Source: an uncultured Patescibacteria group bacterium | GTDB lineage: Bacteria > Patescibacteriota > Gracilibacteria > BD1-5 > UBA6164 | Assembly (NCBI GenBank): GCA_963926055.1 | Contig: CAWUVK010000004.1 | Coordinates: 40,934-104,933, forward strand | Direction: 5' to 3' | DNA: 64,000 nucleotides | In this document: positions 1 to 8,490 of the stretch, one piece after another | Numbering within the stretch: the stretch's first letter is position 1 | Layout of the letters: every line of letters starts with the position of its first letter | Notes under the pieces: generated by a model | Seen by the model: only the letters and a program-made list of their open reading frames with translations | The model's database searches: none | Told to the model about the DNA's origin: nothing | Position numbers and translations under genes: made by a program

Positions 1-150
1 TCACTATACAAGCTACAAAACAGCTGATAATGAAACAAAAGCCAAATATATCAAAAAGTATTTGTTCGAACTTTTTATAGACCACAAAAAAGACCTTCAA
101 ATAGAGGAAAGTCCACTACTTAAAAGTCTTAAATATTTACATTCACGTTA

Positions 151-226
151 TGGTACGCCCGGCAGGGATCGAACCCACGCAAACCCAGGTCCGCGGCCTG
201 GTGCTCTTCCACTGAGCTACGGGCGC
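151..226 (-). tRNA. tRNA-Arg (anticodon read as GCG)
   Basis: The reverse complement GCGCCCGTAGCTCAGTGGAAGAGCACCAGGCCGCGGACCTGGGTTTGCGTGGGTTCGATCCCTGCCGGGCGTACCA folds as a cloverleaf. It has a 7-bp acceptor stem, a GCTC/GAGC D stem, a CCAGG/CCTGG anticodon stem, a TTCGATC T loop and an encoded CCA. The 7-nt loop CCGCGGA places GCG at positions 34-36. Confidence 0.8.
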
Positions 227-275
227 TTAGTGTGCTCAAGTATTGTATTGAAAAATTGAAATAATCAAATTTAAA

Positions 276-305
276 CAAAAAAAATCCATCCCAGAGGGGA
301 TGGAT
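276..305 (-). terminator. rho-independent terminator of the 371-631 gene
   Basis: On the minus strand the stem ATCCATCCC / GGGATGGAT encloses a 4-nt loop and is followed by a run of about 8 T. Confidence 0.7.
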
Positions 306-370
306 AAAGCTACTTTGCAGTACTACAAAACCTGAAAAGTCTCCAGGGATTTTTTCTGAATAAATATTTA

Positions 371-631
371 TTAAATACATATTCAGAAAAATTTCCTATT
401 AGTAAGCCCAAAATTTCTTTCGGGACTTACTAGAGCTACAAAATATCAGTATAAATCATTTTTATTTTTTTCTATACAATATTTTATAAACTCGGTCGTG
501 TTATTATTTGGATCTTTTTCAAGACCAGAAATTAATATACACTTAGCTGTTTCGTAGCTTACGTCACGTTCTATCATAATTGTAGCAATTAAATCAAGAA
601 ATTTTTGTTTTTTATTTTTTATGTCATACAT
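371..631 (-). CDS. hypothetical small protein (86 aa)
   Basis: Track ORF 446-631 ends in TGA. Read as Gly, it runs 25 more codons to TAA at 371-373, and a terminator follows at 276-305. No family recognised. Confidence 0.55.
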
Positions 632-760
632 CGAGGACCTCTCTTATTTAGATGTAAATTTATAATATATAAAAAATATATTTTGTAAAGTTTTTAATAA
701 AATTATTTTTGTATTTGCGATTTTGCTCTCATCAATATAATAAAAATAATATTTGTTAAC

Positions 761-806
761 TCTCTTCCTCCTATCAAAGGGGGAAGTACCCGAAGGGGGA
801 TGGGGG
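761..806. repeat. GC-rich palindromic island (intergenic copy)
   Basis: The sequence TCTCTTCCTCCTATCAAAGGGGGAAGTACCCGAAGGGGGATGGGGG is a CT-rich arm pairing with a G-rich arm, followed by extra G runs. It stands out from the AT-rich flanks. It resembles the islands at 39514-39552 and 44245-44276. Confidence 0.6.
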
Positions 807-816
807 TATTAAAAAA

Positions 817-2466
817 ATGAAACAAAAAATAAGTATAAAGAAAAATATTATTAAGTATGATAGTGAATCGTTGAATCATGAAATAGAAGAAATTTTAATG
901 AAAAGATTTGATGATCCTCTAGAATTACAAAGAACGATGGCAGATTTACATGATCCATTTGGTTTAAAAGATATGGATAAAGCTGTAGAAAGAATTTTAC
1001 AAGCGAAGCAAGATGATGAAAAAGTAATGATCTTTTGAGATTATGATGTAGATGGAGTGACGAGTACTTCTATTTTGATGCATTTTTTCAAAAAAATTGG
1101 AATAAAAGCAAGTTATAGATTACCACATAGAGTAAAGGATTGATATGGTTTAAAAGACTATTTTGTTGATGAATGCAAAGAATTGGGAGTAACATTAATA
1201 ATTACCGTTGATTGTGGGACTCGTGATATTGATGTGATTAAACATGCAAAAAAATTATGAATAGATATTATTGTGACTGATCACCACGCGGTTCCTGATG
1301 AGATTCCAGAAGAAGCAGTTGCAATTGTAAATCCGAAAAGACCAGATTGTGATTATCCATTTAAAGGTTTAGCTGGAGCTGGAGTTGCATTTAAGGTCAT
1401 GTGCGCGGTTGCAAGTGAGGTATTAGAATTTGAGGAATATGAAGATTATATCAGAGAATCTATAGATATTTGTGCTATCGGAACAGTAGCTGATTGTATG
1501 ACGCTTACAGGTGAAAATAGAGTGATAGTTGTAGAATGATTAAAACAAATCAGAAATTCTCGTAGTAGATGAATTAGAGCACTTATTGAAGATAAAATAA
1601 ATACTGATTTAGATGCAGATGTATTTGGTTTTGTAATTTGACCAAGATTAAATGCAGCATGAAGAATGGATAGTCCTTATAAGGCTGTAAATTTGATTTT
1701 AAATAATGGTGAAACTTTAGAGCAAACACTTCACGAAATAGAAAATCTCAACGAACAAAGAAAATTTCAAACAAAAATGTTTGTTGAAGAAGCATTAGAA
1801 AAAGTAAATCCGAAAGATAATTTATTGTTTTATTATTCCGCTGCAATTGAGCATGGGATAATTGGGATTGTAGCTGGAAGATTGACAGAACAATTTCATA
1901 AACCAAGTATTGTTTTAAAAGATGAATGAGATAAATTAGTAGCGAGTTGCCGTGCTCCAGAATATTTTTCTATGATTGAGGTTTTAGAAAAATACAAAGA
2001 TTATTTTATAGCTTTTTGAGGTCATAAACAAGCAGCAGGTTTTTCTATAAAGCGTGAAAAATTTTGAGAATTTAAAACTAAATTATTAGCTGAACTCAAT
2101 GCTTTGGATTTTTCAAAAAATAGAAAAGAATTGGTCGTAGACAAAGTAGTAAATTTAAATGAGCTAGGTTTTTGATTTTTATATAAAATAAATAAATTTA
2201 AACCATTCGGGATAGGGAATAGAAAACCTCTCTTAATGGTTGAAAATCTCGATTATGATTCAGTTTGAATTTTAGGAAAAAATTCACGAGACCATTTGCA
2301 ATTTAAAACTCCTCATGGATATAAAATTTATTGATTTTGATTTGGGAAGTATTTAGAAGATATTAAAAAATCTAATTGAGTAGATATTATTTTTGATATG
2401 TCTGAAGATTCATGGATGGGAAAGAAAAATTTGATGTTAAAAGTGGAAGATATTATTCTAAAATAA
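817..2466 (+). CDS. recJ: single-stranded-DNA-specific exonuclease RecJ
   Basis: Track fragments 817-1038, 1273-1539 and 1666-1929 share one frame and fuse into a 549-aa ORF when TGA is read as Gly. DHH motifs are IF-G-DYDVDGVTS (that G is the TGA at 1036-1038), TVDCGT and IIVTDHH. The DHHA1-like motif is GHKQAAGFSI. The stop is TAA at 2464-2466. Confidence 0.93.
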
Positions 2467-2502
2467 AAAAAAGACGAAAATTTATTTTTCGTCTTTTTTT
2501 TT
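2467..2502. terminator. bidirectional rho-independent terminator
   Basis: The stem AAGACGAAAA (2471-2480) pairs with TTTTCGTCTT (2486-2495) and is flanked by A and T runs. It lies between convergent recJ and the 2501-2824 gene. Confidence 0.75.
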
Positions 2503-2824
2503 ATGAAAAATTAAAAAATCTTTTTACTTGGGAAAAGAAATTTTTCGAAGAATTATTCTCTTCTTTTTTTATTTCGTTCCAATTTTCTAATCAATGTGGA
2601 TTTTCTTGGTTGCATGCTTCTGATTGTACATTATCAATTTGTTGTTCTAGTGAGTTTTCATCAAAATTCTGCAACGAGTATTTTTCTTGCGCTGATTGAG
2701 AATCTTGTTTTAATTGCTCCATTTTCTCATTGTATAATTCTTGTTGTATAGGAGTCAATTCATTTTTTTCTGAACTTTCATCATATTTTTCTAGGTTATA
2801 AGGATTATTATTGCAATTTTCCAT
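2501..2824 (-). CDS. hypothetical acidic protein (107 aa)
   Basis: Track ORF 2591-2824 continues through TGA at 2591-2593 to TAA at 2501-2503. It is rich in Gln and Glu. No family recognised. Confidence 0.5.
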
Positions 2825-2927
2825 TTTAAAAGAAGAGTTATTTTATATTTAAAGTATTTTATCATAATAAAATATATTTTGTCAAAAAAATACTTTTTAA
2901 CTATTTTTACTTGATTTTAAAGGAAAA

Positions 2928-2961
2928 ATAATTATACATACATCAATGTATGTATAATTAT
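2928..2961. promoter_or_regulatory. perfect 15-bp inverted repeat, candidate TetR operator
   Basis: ATAATTATACATACA, a TCAA spacer, then TGTATGTATAATTAT. It ends 9 nt upstream of the TetR-family gene start and lies in the divergent promoter region. Confidence 0.55.
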
Positions 2962-2969
2962 TGTAAAAA

Positions 2970-3575
2970 ATGAGAAAAACGAAAGAAGAACATGAGATAA
3001 CTAAAAAATTATTGTTGGAAGTAGCAGGATATTTTTTTGAGAAAGAGGGTTATTATCACACTTCTTTAGAAACAATAGCTTCTGGAGCTTGAGTGACCAG
3101 AGGCGCGATTTATTGGAATTTCTCTGGAAAAAATGAAATGTTAGAAAAACTTCTTGATCAAAACTATAAAAAGTATTCTATGATGCTGGAATTAGATTTT
3201 GAAAAAATTACCTCTGTTCGTCAAAAATTTTATTCAATGATAGAAATTTATTTTCAGCTTTTAAAAAATGATGAAAGTTTTCGTCAGGTAGAAAGAATCC
3301 ATTATTTTGAAAAATTTACTGGAGAAGAAAAAATATTATTAGAAAAATATTCTAAAAATGATATTTCAGGTTTTCAAAAGTATGCAGCAGAAATTTATTC
3401 TCAGGGAATTTTACGTTTAGAATTTCAAAATAGATTTTTACCAGAATTATTTTCACAAAGTTTTGTAAGTTTTTTCTTATGAATTATTATTTCATTTTTA
3501 CCAGAAAATAATTTTGATGAAAATTTAGAAAAAGCAAAAAATCGTTTAGATGTTTTTCTTCAATGAGTGCAATAA
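2970..3575 (+). CDS. TetR/AcrR-family transcriptional regulator
   Basis: The N-terminal HTH SLETIASGAGVTRGAIYWNFSGKNEML is typical of TetR regulators (the G before VT is a TGA). Track ORF 3093-3482 is the middle of the gene. The stop is TAA at 3573-3575. Length 201 aa. Confidence 0.85.
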
Positions 3576-3612
3576 AAAAAAGAAGTTTAGCTAAGAGCTA
3601 AACTTCTTTTTG
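3574..3612. terminator. bidirectional rho-independent terminator
   Basis: The stem AGAAGTTTAGC (3581-3591) pairs with GCTAAACTTCT (3597-3607) and has an A run upstream and a T run downstream. Confidence 0.7.
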
Positions 3613-3890
3613 AATTTCCTTTTTTCTTCTTGTGTACGTTGTTCAAAATTAGGCCATTTCCAAATGCAATATGTTGAGTCATATACTAACTCAGAATAAA
3701 TGGAATTGCGTGGTTTTATACTTTTACAAGGAGTGGCGTAATGCCCATGTAAAGTTGAAGTTTTATTAACATCACGAATAATTTCTTCGGGTGTGAGCCG
3801 AGGATTATCGATAATTCGATGCAGTCTACTTTTTCCAAAATAACAAAATAAAAACCAGAGATATTCACCAATTGCTTTTAATGTTTCCAT
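3591..3890 (-). CDS. hypothetical protein (99 aa)
   Basis: Intact track ORF with a TAG stop and no internal TGA. No family recognised. Confidence 0.5.
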   Translation of the reverse strand: METLKAIGEYLWFLFCYFGKSRLHRIIDNPRLTPEEIIRDVNKTSTLHGHYATPCKSIKPRNSIYSELVYDSTYCIWKWPNFEQRTQEEKRKFKKKFSS

Positions 3891-4027
3891 CGTTTTGCTC
3901 CAGCAAAATTTTGACGTAAGAAAATAATAATTTTTTCTCAGCTAATGTCAAAATATTTCTCAAAAAAAGTATTTTATGATATAATTTTTTTGTCATAAGT
4001 TTTTTTTATAAAATAGGAGGGGAAATT

Positions 4028-4228
4028 ATGGCAAAGGCAAGAATAGGAAGTGGAAAATTTTTATATTCTGATTCATCGTATGTTGAACATGATTTTGGCC
4101 GTGGTAAGGTGAAAATCAAGCAAGGATTAAATCCTAAAACTTGGTACACTCAAAATGGTCAAGAAATTTCTGATTTATCAGGAAAGTGCTTTCCTGATGT
4201 AGCTAGATATTTAGGCTACACTACTTGA
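4028..4228 (+). CDS. hypothetical small protein; C-terminus uncertain under table 25
   Basis: This 66-codon ORF has the strongest Shine-Dalgarno in the window (AGGAGGGG, 4015-4022) and an extended -10 (TGATATAAT, 3977-3985). All 8 of its Gly codons are GGN. It ends at TGA (4226-4228), immediately before a strong terminator. Confidence 0.5.
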   Translation: MAKARIGSGKFLYSDSSYVEHDFGRGKVKIKQGLNPKTWYTQNGQEISDLSGKCFPDVARYLGYTT

Positions 4229-4237
4229 GCCAAAAAC

Positions 4238-4270
4238 AAAAAACCAAGCATTTCGCTTGGCTTTTTTTGT
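4238..4270. terminator. bidirectional rho-independent terminator
   Basis: The stem CCAAGC (4244-4249) pairs with GCTTGG (4255-4260), followed by a T run at 4262-4268, with an A-rich run upstream. It lies between the 4028 ORF and convergent mutY. Confidence 0.75.
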
Positions 4271-4274
4271 GTTT

Positions 4275-5270
4275 TTAATTTTCTAAAAAATTATCTTCCC
4301 AAGATTTTTTTTCTTTTTTTGAAAATATTCAAAAATTATTTTCTCAGGTTTGAATTTGAGCATGATACAAATAATAATCTCACTTTGGAAGAGAAGTTTT
4401 TTTATACGCAGGACGAACAGAAAGGGATAAATCAAAGTTATTTTTAAAATAATCTTTTATAAAATGCCTGTGGTCTTCACTAGATTTTCATAAAATAAAT
4501 GGCTCTAAAATATCTGCATTTGAAGAGTAATATTCTTTATGATCTTCATGTAAAAATACTATGATTTCAGCATTTTTTTTGTCTACTTTATGTCTAACTT
4601 TGTCTACTTTTAATTCTCAAACTCATTTTTCTAAATAAAATTTAGATGTTTTTAAAGGATAATTTTCCCAAGAAATATTTATTTTATCGTTAATATCTAC
4701 ATTTGAAGCAAAATCCATCATCGCAGCATTTATTTTTCTCCCAGATATTCATGTTTGTTCAAAAGACGATTGAATTTCTTTTTTTTCAGATGGAGAAAGT
4801 TTGTAAAAACGAGTTCCAAAATAATAACGAGCAAATATTTTTTCTATATTTGTATCAAAAGCAAGAATATTTTGATTGTGTCAAAATGATAAAATTGCTT
4901 GAGCTGTATATGGTCAAATTCCAGGTAGATTTAGCAATTCTTTATAATTATTTGGGAATATTCAATTATATTCTTCTGATACTATTTTTGCTGTTTTAAG
5001 CATATTTCTTGCACGAGAATAATATCAGAGTCATTCATAATATGGAAAAAATTCTTCATAACTAAGTTTTGCAAAATCCTCAACACAGGGAAAATCACGT
5101 ATCACTTTTTCAAAATAAGGAATCACACGTGATACCTGAGTTTGTTGAAGGAATATTTCAGAAATCCATACAAAATATGGATCTTGATCTTTTCTCCAAG
5201 GCAAATCATGACGTCAGTTTATTTCATACCAATCAAGTATTTTTTGATAGGGAAAGTTTGAAAAGTCCAT
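4275..5270 (-). CDS. mutY: A/G-specific adenine DNA glycosylase (MutY family), lacking the Fe-S cysteines
   Basis: The 331-aa ORF appears only with TGA read as Gly. Motifs are LDWYEINGRHDLPWR, SEIFLQQTQV, YEGLGYYSRARN, the HhH LPGIGPYTAQAI and the catalytic-Asp context AFDTNIEKIF. No Cys occurs where the 4Fe-4S loop normally sits. Confidence 0.85.
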
Positions 5271-5360
5271 TTTTTTCTTATTTTTATCAGATATGATATA
5301 ATTATAAAAATATTGTATGAAAAAAGATATTTTTGGAAAGTATTATTTAAAATTAAAATT

Positions 5361-5672
5361 ATGAGTTTACTAAAATGTCCGAATTGCAAAAAGGAAATTT
5401 CGTATTGGAAAGTATACAAAAACATTAATTTGAAAAAAAGAAAATACACTTGTAAAAAATGTCATATAAAATTAAAAGTGAAATGGAAATCAAAAACGTT
5501 TGCTCAAAGATTACTGTGATGTTTCGTTTGGCTCGGTTTTCCAGCAGTACTAATCATACTAGTGGCTGGATGATACCTCAACGCTTTTGTTGCGATGTGA
5601 GCTGTGATTGTATTTCACTTTTTAGGCCTTCATTATATTATTAAAAATTATAAATATAAAATAAAAAAATAA
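5361..5672 (+). CDS. zinc-ribbon membrane protein (hypothetical)
   Basis: CPNC...CKKC is followed by two hydrophobic segments once read through three TGAs. The frame is that of track ORF 5313-5519. An alternative start is at 5313. The stop is TAA at 5670-5672. Confidence 0.55.
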
Positions 5673-5706
5673 AAAGTTCCCGGGAAATTTTCCCGGGAAC
5701 TTTTTA
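5673..5706 (+). terminator. rho-independent terminator
   Basis: The stem AGTTCCCGGG pairs with CCCGGGAACT (5675-5701) and is followed by a T run. Confidence 0.8.
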
Positions 5707-5771
5707 TTTGTTAAAATATAAGAAAACAATATTATTTTCTTATATTTTAGATGAATATATTATTATAAATT

Positions 5772-6065
5772 ATGAATGAAATTGATAAAAAAATCTTAGA
5801 ATATCTACAAAAAATCCCAAAAACAAAAGTGGTAAGTTATAAATTTTTATGAGAAAAATTCTGAGTTCACCCAAGGAAAATAGCAGCAGTTATGAAATAC
5901 AACAAAGATCCGATAAAATATCCTTGTTATAAAGTATTAGCATCTTCAGGAAAAATTTCTGGCTATAATACTGATCGTTGAGTGGAAGAAAAAATAGAGA
6001 AATTAATGTGAGATGGTATAAAGATAGAAAATAATATTGTTGAGAAAAAATATTTTTTAGACTAA
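5772..6065 (+). CDS. MGMT-family DNA-binding protein (methyltransferase / Atl-like)
   Basis: 97 aa. IPKTKVVSYKFLGEKFG...PRKIAAVMKYN...YPCYKVLASSGKISGY matches the O6-alkylguanine transferase C-terminal domain. The active-site PCHR is replaced by PCYK. Confidence 0.7.
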
Positions 6066-6088
6066 AAAAGAAGCATTTGCTTCTTTTT

Positions 6089-7168
6089 TTAATAATTTAT
6101 TTTACTGAGAATTTTAACACGTTCTTCTTTTGCGACAACTATATTTTCTATTCTGACTCAAAATTTTCATGGAATATATATTCAAGGTTCAATAGTGAAA
6201 ATCATGTTTGGTTGAATTATTTCATCAGACATTCTATTTATCCAAGGTCTTTCATGAACATGGAGTCAGATCCCATGACCGGTAGAATGAGAAAAGTATT
6301 CTCCATAGCCATCTTTTTCGATTGATCTACGCGCGAGCAAATCTATTTGGCTTGCTTGCATTCCAACTCTGGCTCATAAAATTGCTTTAATAAGAGCCTT
6401 TTTTACTGATTTATATACTTTTTTAAATTCTTCATAATCCTGTGTTTTATCTCACACCCAAAATGTTCTCGTGAAATCGCTACAATATCAATTTATTTGA
6501 GCTCACATGTCTACTAATAGTGGTCAATTGTCTACAATGGTTTCTCAAGGAGAATGATGCGCAATAGCTGAGTTTTCACCAAAGGCTACGATTGGGGAAA
6601 AACTTTCACATTCTCATCAAAATTCTAATATTTTATTGAGAATAATTTTTCTCACATTATCTTCAGTTTTTCATTTTATTTCGTTTGTATCCACTAAATA
6701 TTGTAAAAATAAACAGACTTTATCAATTATTTCTACAGCATTTTTTATTTTTTTTATTTCATTACTATTTTTTAAAATTCTATCTTCTTCAAAATAATTT
6801 TCTATAATTTCTATTTTTTTCTTTTTTTCTCCTGTTCATAAATCTGATTTAGAATTTATGTCATTATAGTATTTTAGTGTTAAATTTTCTTCTACTTTTA
6901 TACTTGAAGTATCGGCACTTGCTAGCAACATAGCATCAACTAACGGTCATGATATTTGATGAAACTTTATTTCATCTTTTCATGTTTTTTCGCAAATATA
7001 TTTTTCATTTAATTTATTTGTTTTGGCAAAATAACGAGAATCTAAAAATATTTCAACTCTATTTTTTCTGAGCAAAATTCCTCATAAACTTGGTTGAAAT
7101 CACAATAAATATTTAAAATTTTTATTGTCAATATCATTGTCAGAATCAGTAATTAAAAATGTAGCCAT
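6089..7168 (-). CDS. M24-family Xaa-Pro aminopeptidase
   Basis: 359-aa ORF with TGA read as Gly. Metal-ligand motifs are [30 protein letters not shown] (the second G is the TGA at 6266-6268) and FTIEPGIY. Confidence 0.85.
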
Positions 7169-7302
7169 AAAAAACCATTTAAGTATATTATCTGTATTAT
7201 ATCTCACTTTTTGATATTTTTCAAAATTCTCTTGTAAAAAAATATTAATTTATATAATTAAATGTATATATTTTGTATATATTTATTTTAAATATTTTTA
7301 AT

Positions 7303-8430
7303 ATGCCAAAAGAAAAATTAATCTTAAAAGATGTCTTATTTAATCAAGAGAAAATAATATATTTAGCTCGGATTATAAAAAATGTATACTGAGAATTTCA
7401 AAGTGAAAATTTTATTCACGAGACTTTTATCAAATTTCCTCAACTAGAACTCAAACAAAGAATATTACATATTAGAGATATGTTATATAAATATTTGCCA
7501 CATGATTATGTTTCTGCTGTAAATGTTTTGGTAAAAAGTTTACCCGCAGAACTGGATTCAACGAAAAGTGATGGAGATTTTTGAGATTTTATTTTTGCTC
7601 CTTATGGAGAATTTATTTCTCAATATTGATGTGAAGAAAAATATTTAGATTTTTCATTGCAAAATTTAGAAATAATTACAAAAAGATTTTCAATGGAATT
7701 TGCGCTTCGTGATTTTCTAAAAAAATTCCCACAAGAAACGCTGAAATTTGCTCAAAAGTGGTCAAAAAATGATAATTATCATGTGAGAAGATTATCGAGT
7801 GAAGCAATTCGTCCAAATCTTCCATGGGGATGAAAAGTAGATATTTGAATCCAAAATACTTTTAAAATTTTAGATAATTTATTCCCAGATCAAAAACAAT
7901 ATGTACTTCGTAGTGTGGCAAATAATCTTAATGATATTACAAAATTAGATGCAAACGCAGTTATTTCTAAACTTTTAGAGTGGAAAAAATCTGAAAAACA
8001 AAGTCAAAAAAATATGTTATTTTTGATCACACATTCTCTCAGGAGTGAAATAAAATCATGAAATCCCAAAGCTTTAGAGTTAGTATGATATTATCAACCT
8101 GCTATAAAAATAAATGATTTTCATATTTTTCAACAGCAAGTAAATATATGAGATTCTCTAGAGTTTTGATTTGAACTAACTTCAAATATTTCTCAAAAAT
8201 TACTCATAAATTATAAAATATATTTTGTTATGTCGAATGGAAAATTACGTGAAAAAATATTTCATATTTCGAAAAAAAAGATATCAAAATGAGAAAAAAT
8301 TAAGATTACAAAAAAACATTCTCTAAAAAATATGACTACAAAAAAATTATATTCTTGAAAACATTTTGTAGAAATATTTATAAATGGTGAAAATTTTTGA
8401 AAAAAAGAATTTGAATTTACATCAACGTAG
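7303..8430 (+). CDS. DNA alkylation repair enzyme (AlkD-like HEAT-repeat family)
   Basis: 375 aa. WSKNDNYHVRRLSSEAIRP..LPWG and VLRSVANNLNDITK resemble the DNA alkylation repair protein family. The stop is TAG at 8428-8430. Confidence 0.65.
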
Positions 8431-8453
8431 GGAACGAATATTTCTGTTCTTAC
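8427..8453 (+). repeat. REP-like imperfect palindrome with a GTAG head
   Basis: GTAGGGAACGAATATTTCTGTTCTTAC. The left arm pairs imperfectly with the right arm. It shares GTAGGGAACGA with the repeat at 8862-8879 and lies 38 nt upstream of the RAYT start. Confidence 0.55.
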
Positions 8454-8490
8454 TGGAAATAATATTGATATATTATATAAAAAGGAGAAA

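Noticed and set aside
1-80. A possible 3' end of a plus-strand gene entering from the left edge. Frame 1 stops at 28-30 and frame 3 stops at 78-80.
   Set aside because: The segment is too short to decide which frame, if any, is coding, so it is not reported as a feature.
104-114. GAGGAAAGTCC, which is identical to the conserved P4 5'-strand motif of bacterial RNase P RNA.
   Set aside because: There is no room for a ~350-nt RNA, because a tRNA on the opposite strand starts 37 nt downstream. I found no matching 3' P4 strand. The motif sits inside the hairpin and T-run that plausibly terminates the minus-strand tRNA-Arg (about 84-130). I treat it as a chance match.
129-380. Track ORFs 129-380 (-) and 62-259 (+).
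   Set aside because: Both run straight across the tRNA-Arg gene (151-226) and its flanking hairpins. They are artefacts of an open frame over a structured RNA gene.
446-448. The small ORF 446-631 ends in TGA and is followed at once by a hairpin, which looked like a second case of TGA used as a stop.
   Set aside because: Reading TGA as Gly gives only 25 more codons, then a normal TAA (371-373), then a much stronger terminator (276-305). It is consistent with table 25. The 4028-4228 case cannot be resolved this way.
4703-5296. Plus-strand ORFs 4703-4999 and 5069-5296, and minus-strand ORF 5219-5449.
   Set aside because: They overlap mutY on the opposite strand or in the wrong frame, and their translations are low-complexity.
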